Of a stretch of 64,000 bases of DNA, positions 60,331 through 64,000 are shown in pieces. Position 1 is the first letter of the stretch. Each line of letters begins with the position of its first letter. The stretch comes from Eledone cirrhosa (Eukaryota). The notes beneath the pieces were generated by a model. That model searched no databases, was not told the DNA's origin, and saw only the letters and a program-made list of their open reading frames with translations. The DNA is taken from positions 228,222,001 through 228,286,000 of the forward strand of contig OZ024743.1 of NCBI GenBank assembly GCA_964016885.1, written 5' to 3'. A program made the position numbers and the translations under genes.

Positions 60331-60429
60331 CAGAGTATGTATATTCTCTCTTTCTCTTAATTTCAAGTTTATTTTTGACCAACCACCTTCCCGGTGGCAA
60401 GGTTGTGAAGAAAAGAAATTGTCATCGTC

Positions 60430-61440
60430 TCTTGTATAAGCATTCATCTTTTGAATCATGAAAATGTTTTACAAATTATCATGGTTCCAGACTATTGGTA
60501 GTTTACGAATTAAGGAGTGACATTTTTTCTTCACAAATTCAAGCAATTTTATGGTTCAGGCGGGCTGGTATATAACTTGTAGCTCTAATAATGATGGGTA
60601 TGAAGCTGTATATGTAACTTGGATACTAGATCTGCAAACTCCTCATCAATAGTTAGGAGATATCCTCTTTCTCTTACTACATTGACAGCAAGCCGGCAGC
60701 TGATTTCTACAAAGAGAGTATGTTTTTAATATGTTTCACAACAACATCAGGCCTGTTGTGTTTTAATTCGGTAGCAGTTTTTATTTTTAGGTTCCACCAG
60801 TAAACCTTTATGTCATCAGTCTCAACATATTCCTATCTATTTGATTCTATTTTCATCTCCCATAATTCATTCCAGATCATTCTAGCTATCACATCATGTG
60901 AGGTAGTAATGAGAAGAGAGTCTTTCACAGTTGGCAATAATGTGGCTAACATCTTCAATCATTGTATTGCACAGCCTACATATATTGTCAACTGATGACC
61001 TTCCTCTTTTGTGTGGTCGGAACTTGCTGGGGATTTCTTGTTCCTAGATTGCATGGAGATATCCTTCAAGGTGGGATGTTATGAACTTGTCAGAACTTCA
61101 TGTCAAGCTTTTAATATAGTTTATCTCTTCTACAGTCTGTGTACCCATTCACAACCTTCTCGGTGAATTGGTCCATTTTTAAAATATTGTTTGAGCATTT
61201 ATTAGAGTCTTTCAATGTTCCTGAGAGAGAGATTTGTATCAGGTTTTATTCCATGTCTCTCTTCTAGATCAGTGGCTATCCTAACGATATCATCATTTTC
61301 ATGCTCATAAATCTGAACAAGATGGCTGTTCAACTATTTCTTCTCTTCAAGATGGAGCTTCAGAGCTATTATCCATGTCTTGATGAAGTTAATATAGATT
61401 TCAGGCACTGGTCATTTTCCACATAACCATTGTTGTTAAA
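60430..61440 (-). mobile_element. R4/Dong-clade LINE 3' fragment (CCHC knuckle + restriction-like endonuclease), decayed
   Basis: Minus strand: HLEGYLHAI*EQEIP, CRLCNTMIEDVSHIIANC, HDVIARMIW, YWWNLKIKTATELKHNRPDVVV, FVEISC, FIPIII. Confidence 0.85.
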
Positions 61441-62345
61441 GTCTCCAGATTGGTGTTAGGTAACTGAAGCTTGTGAAGGATCTGCCACAGGTTCAATTGA
61501 CTGGCACCCCACCAGTAGAAGCACTGTGATGCTAAGAGTAAATATTGTTAGATATTGAAAACAATAAGAAGTGGAGATGTCCCTTTAGAGAGAAAGGGAT
61601 GAGGCAACCTCTCTAGTATTGGTATCACAATGGCATGCATGCAGACATGTAGAACACAGAGTAGAATGAACTCTATTACTTTGTCATGGACTTGACAATT
61701 TCTCTAGTGTTGGTATCATGATAAAATGCACCCAGTACACTCTGTAAAGTGGGTTCCACAATATATTGCACCCAGTACATCTTGTAAAGTGTTAATACTA
61801 ATGCCACAATAAAATACTTCCTGTACAAGCTGTAAAGCATTAGGAACAATGAGTGGATTTAAAACACAATGATGAAAATAATGATGATATATGCACTCAA
61901 ATACAGACATCAATCTATATATATATATACATATGCAAAAAGTAAACAAAAACAATGAAGCAAACAATACAGTACAACAAAGAAACATATTAGTCTAATG
62001 CTTGTTATAGTAGGAAAAGAGTTTTAACGTTTCATACACTAGTGCTACACCAGAAGATAAAATGAGAAATAAAAGATGAAATAGAAAGATAGAGAGAGAA
62101 GTGGAAGGGATGGACAAAAAACATGCCTGTATACAATCAACTTTTTGAGAATATATATATATATAAAAGCACCCAGCACACACTGTAAATGTGGTTGGTG
62201 CTAGGAAAGGCATCCATCCATAGAAACCCAGCCCAAAACAGTTCTATATGAGCAAGATATGGTCACCTGACCCAACTTGCCTCTAATAGGACAACCTATC
62301 TAACCCATGCTAGTGTGGAAAATGGACATTAAATGATGATGATAA

Positions 62346-62442
<97 letters not shown>

Positions 62443-62562
62443 TCTACAGTGTGAAGACTAGGAAGACTTCATATTGGAGCGTAGTATTTGGTGAATGGTA
62501 TGATACAGAGTTAGTATATTGATGAGATGAAGGTGGGGAATGTGGACCTTTTGGTTTCAGCT

Positions 62563-62660
<98 letters not shown>

Positions 62661-63823
62661 AGATAGACAGATGCATCGCCATACATACAGTCATACATTT
62701 GTGTGGCTCAGGTTGAATTACATCACAACATATAATTTCAAATAGAGACATCATGTCATTGTTCTCTGTATCTATCAGTAGGTTTGTGCTAAGTCAACTT
62801 GAACCTGAAACTCTCTCCATTCTTTTTACAGTGCAGGCTAACTAGCCTGAAGGTCAGAGGTCTAATTATTGTAAAGTTCAGGGGTGTAATTATTTTGCAA
62901 ACAGTCTGTGGTTGCTTTGAAAACAACAAAGTGCAAAATCGAGCCAAAAGAATGTTACTAATATCAAATTGTCGCGAGGTTTTCTGACAGATATATTATG
63001 TATCCTGGTTTACACAGAGTGTGTTTGTGTGTGTTTTAGCTGCTGGCACCTAGGAAAATGAATCATGTTATACAATGTACAAGCTAATGGGGGAGATTTT
63101 ATATTCTTCTAGTCTTTTACTGGCTTCAGTCATTTGACTGCGGCCATGCTGGGGCACTGCTGTAATACCAATTAACAAGGGTGTCAGTTAACATAATTAT
63201 TTAAAAGTTAACAGATATCAGTTTACGAATTAGTTAAACATTTTTCTTATATATTCATTTATACTTCTACTGTGGCCATGCTAAATCTTTGCTTCCAATC
63301 ATAAAACTCCAGAAATTCTTTTCTTTCATGTCTAGTACTTAATCTATCTAATACATTTTATTGAACTGCTCAATTCCAAGATATAAACAAAGACATGGAC
63401 ACACATATGGGACAAACACACACACATGTATATATATATATGTGTATACATCCCCCACATAAATGTAGTTCAAGTTAAATGGAAGACACACGTAGAAAGC
63501 AGTGATATGAAATCTTATTTGTTTCGTGCTTTATAAAATAGGAAAAAATGTTTCAACCTATCGGAAGTTTGTCCTTCATCAGGAAAAAGTAAATTATGAA
63601 GAGAGAGGAGGTTGGAAGATAAGAAGAAGGGAGCTATGAGAGTTTGAGTGTTGGTTTTAATCCTTCTTTCTCTGCATGTGTGTATTGGCGAGGTGTCTAC
63701 ATTATTCATGAAGGTGTGTCTGTCTGAGTGTATTATCACTTTAATATGTATAGTTTAGTCTATGTGTGTGTATATACATGTGCTTGTTCAAAGGTACCTG
63801 GGTGTGACACATATGTGTCCATG

Positions 63824-63880
<57 letters not shown>

Positions 63881-64000
63881 TATTAACAAAGACGAGAATG
63901 AGTAGATAATGCCATAATAGAGTGTAATTATTCATCTACTCGAGTACTAGAAGGTACTTATTTGCCCAAAGTGACATGCAATAGAACTGAACCTGAAAAT

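Overview
Eukaryotic, very AT-rich DNA, saturated with microsatellites, with no confidently recognisable host protein-coding exon. The repeat content is most consistent with a coleoid cephalopod such as Octopus (inference only): an RTE LINE with an internal PHD finger, tRNA-derived SINEs with Nin/Deu-type cores or RTE-derived tails, and huge (TA)n/(TG)n arrays. The only long real ORF is a recently inactivated RTE-clade LINE (11114-14637; APE endonuclease + RT, one nonsense codon, one frameshift). Also present: Penelope-like element (PLE) remnants (RT, GIY-YIG, inverted pseudo-LTRs), Hero and R4/Dong LINE fragments, a non-autonomous Helitron, TTAA/piggyBac-type MITEs, many SINEs and several minisatellites. 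Two signals stand out. (1) A textbook recursive splice site with RS-exon architecture on the minus strand (44116-44209), which suggests the window lies in a giant intron. (2) Several near-perfect fold-back elements inserted in (TA)n, carrying minimal hammerhead-ribozyme motifs. Almost all other ORFs in the supplied track are microsatellite artefacts.
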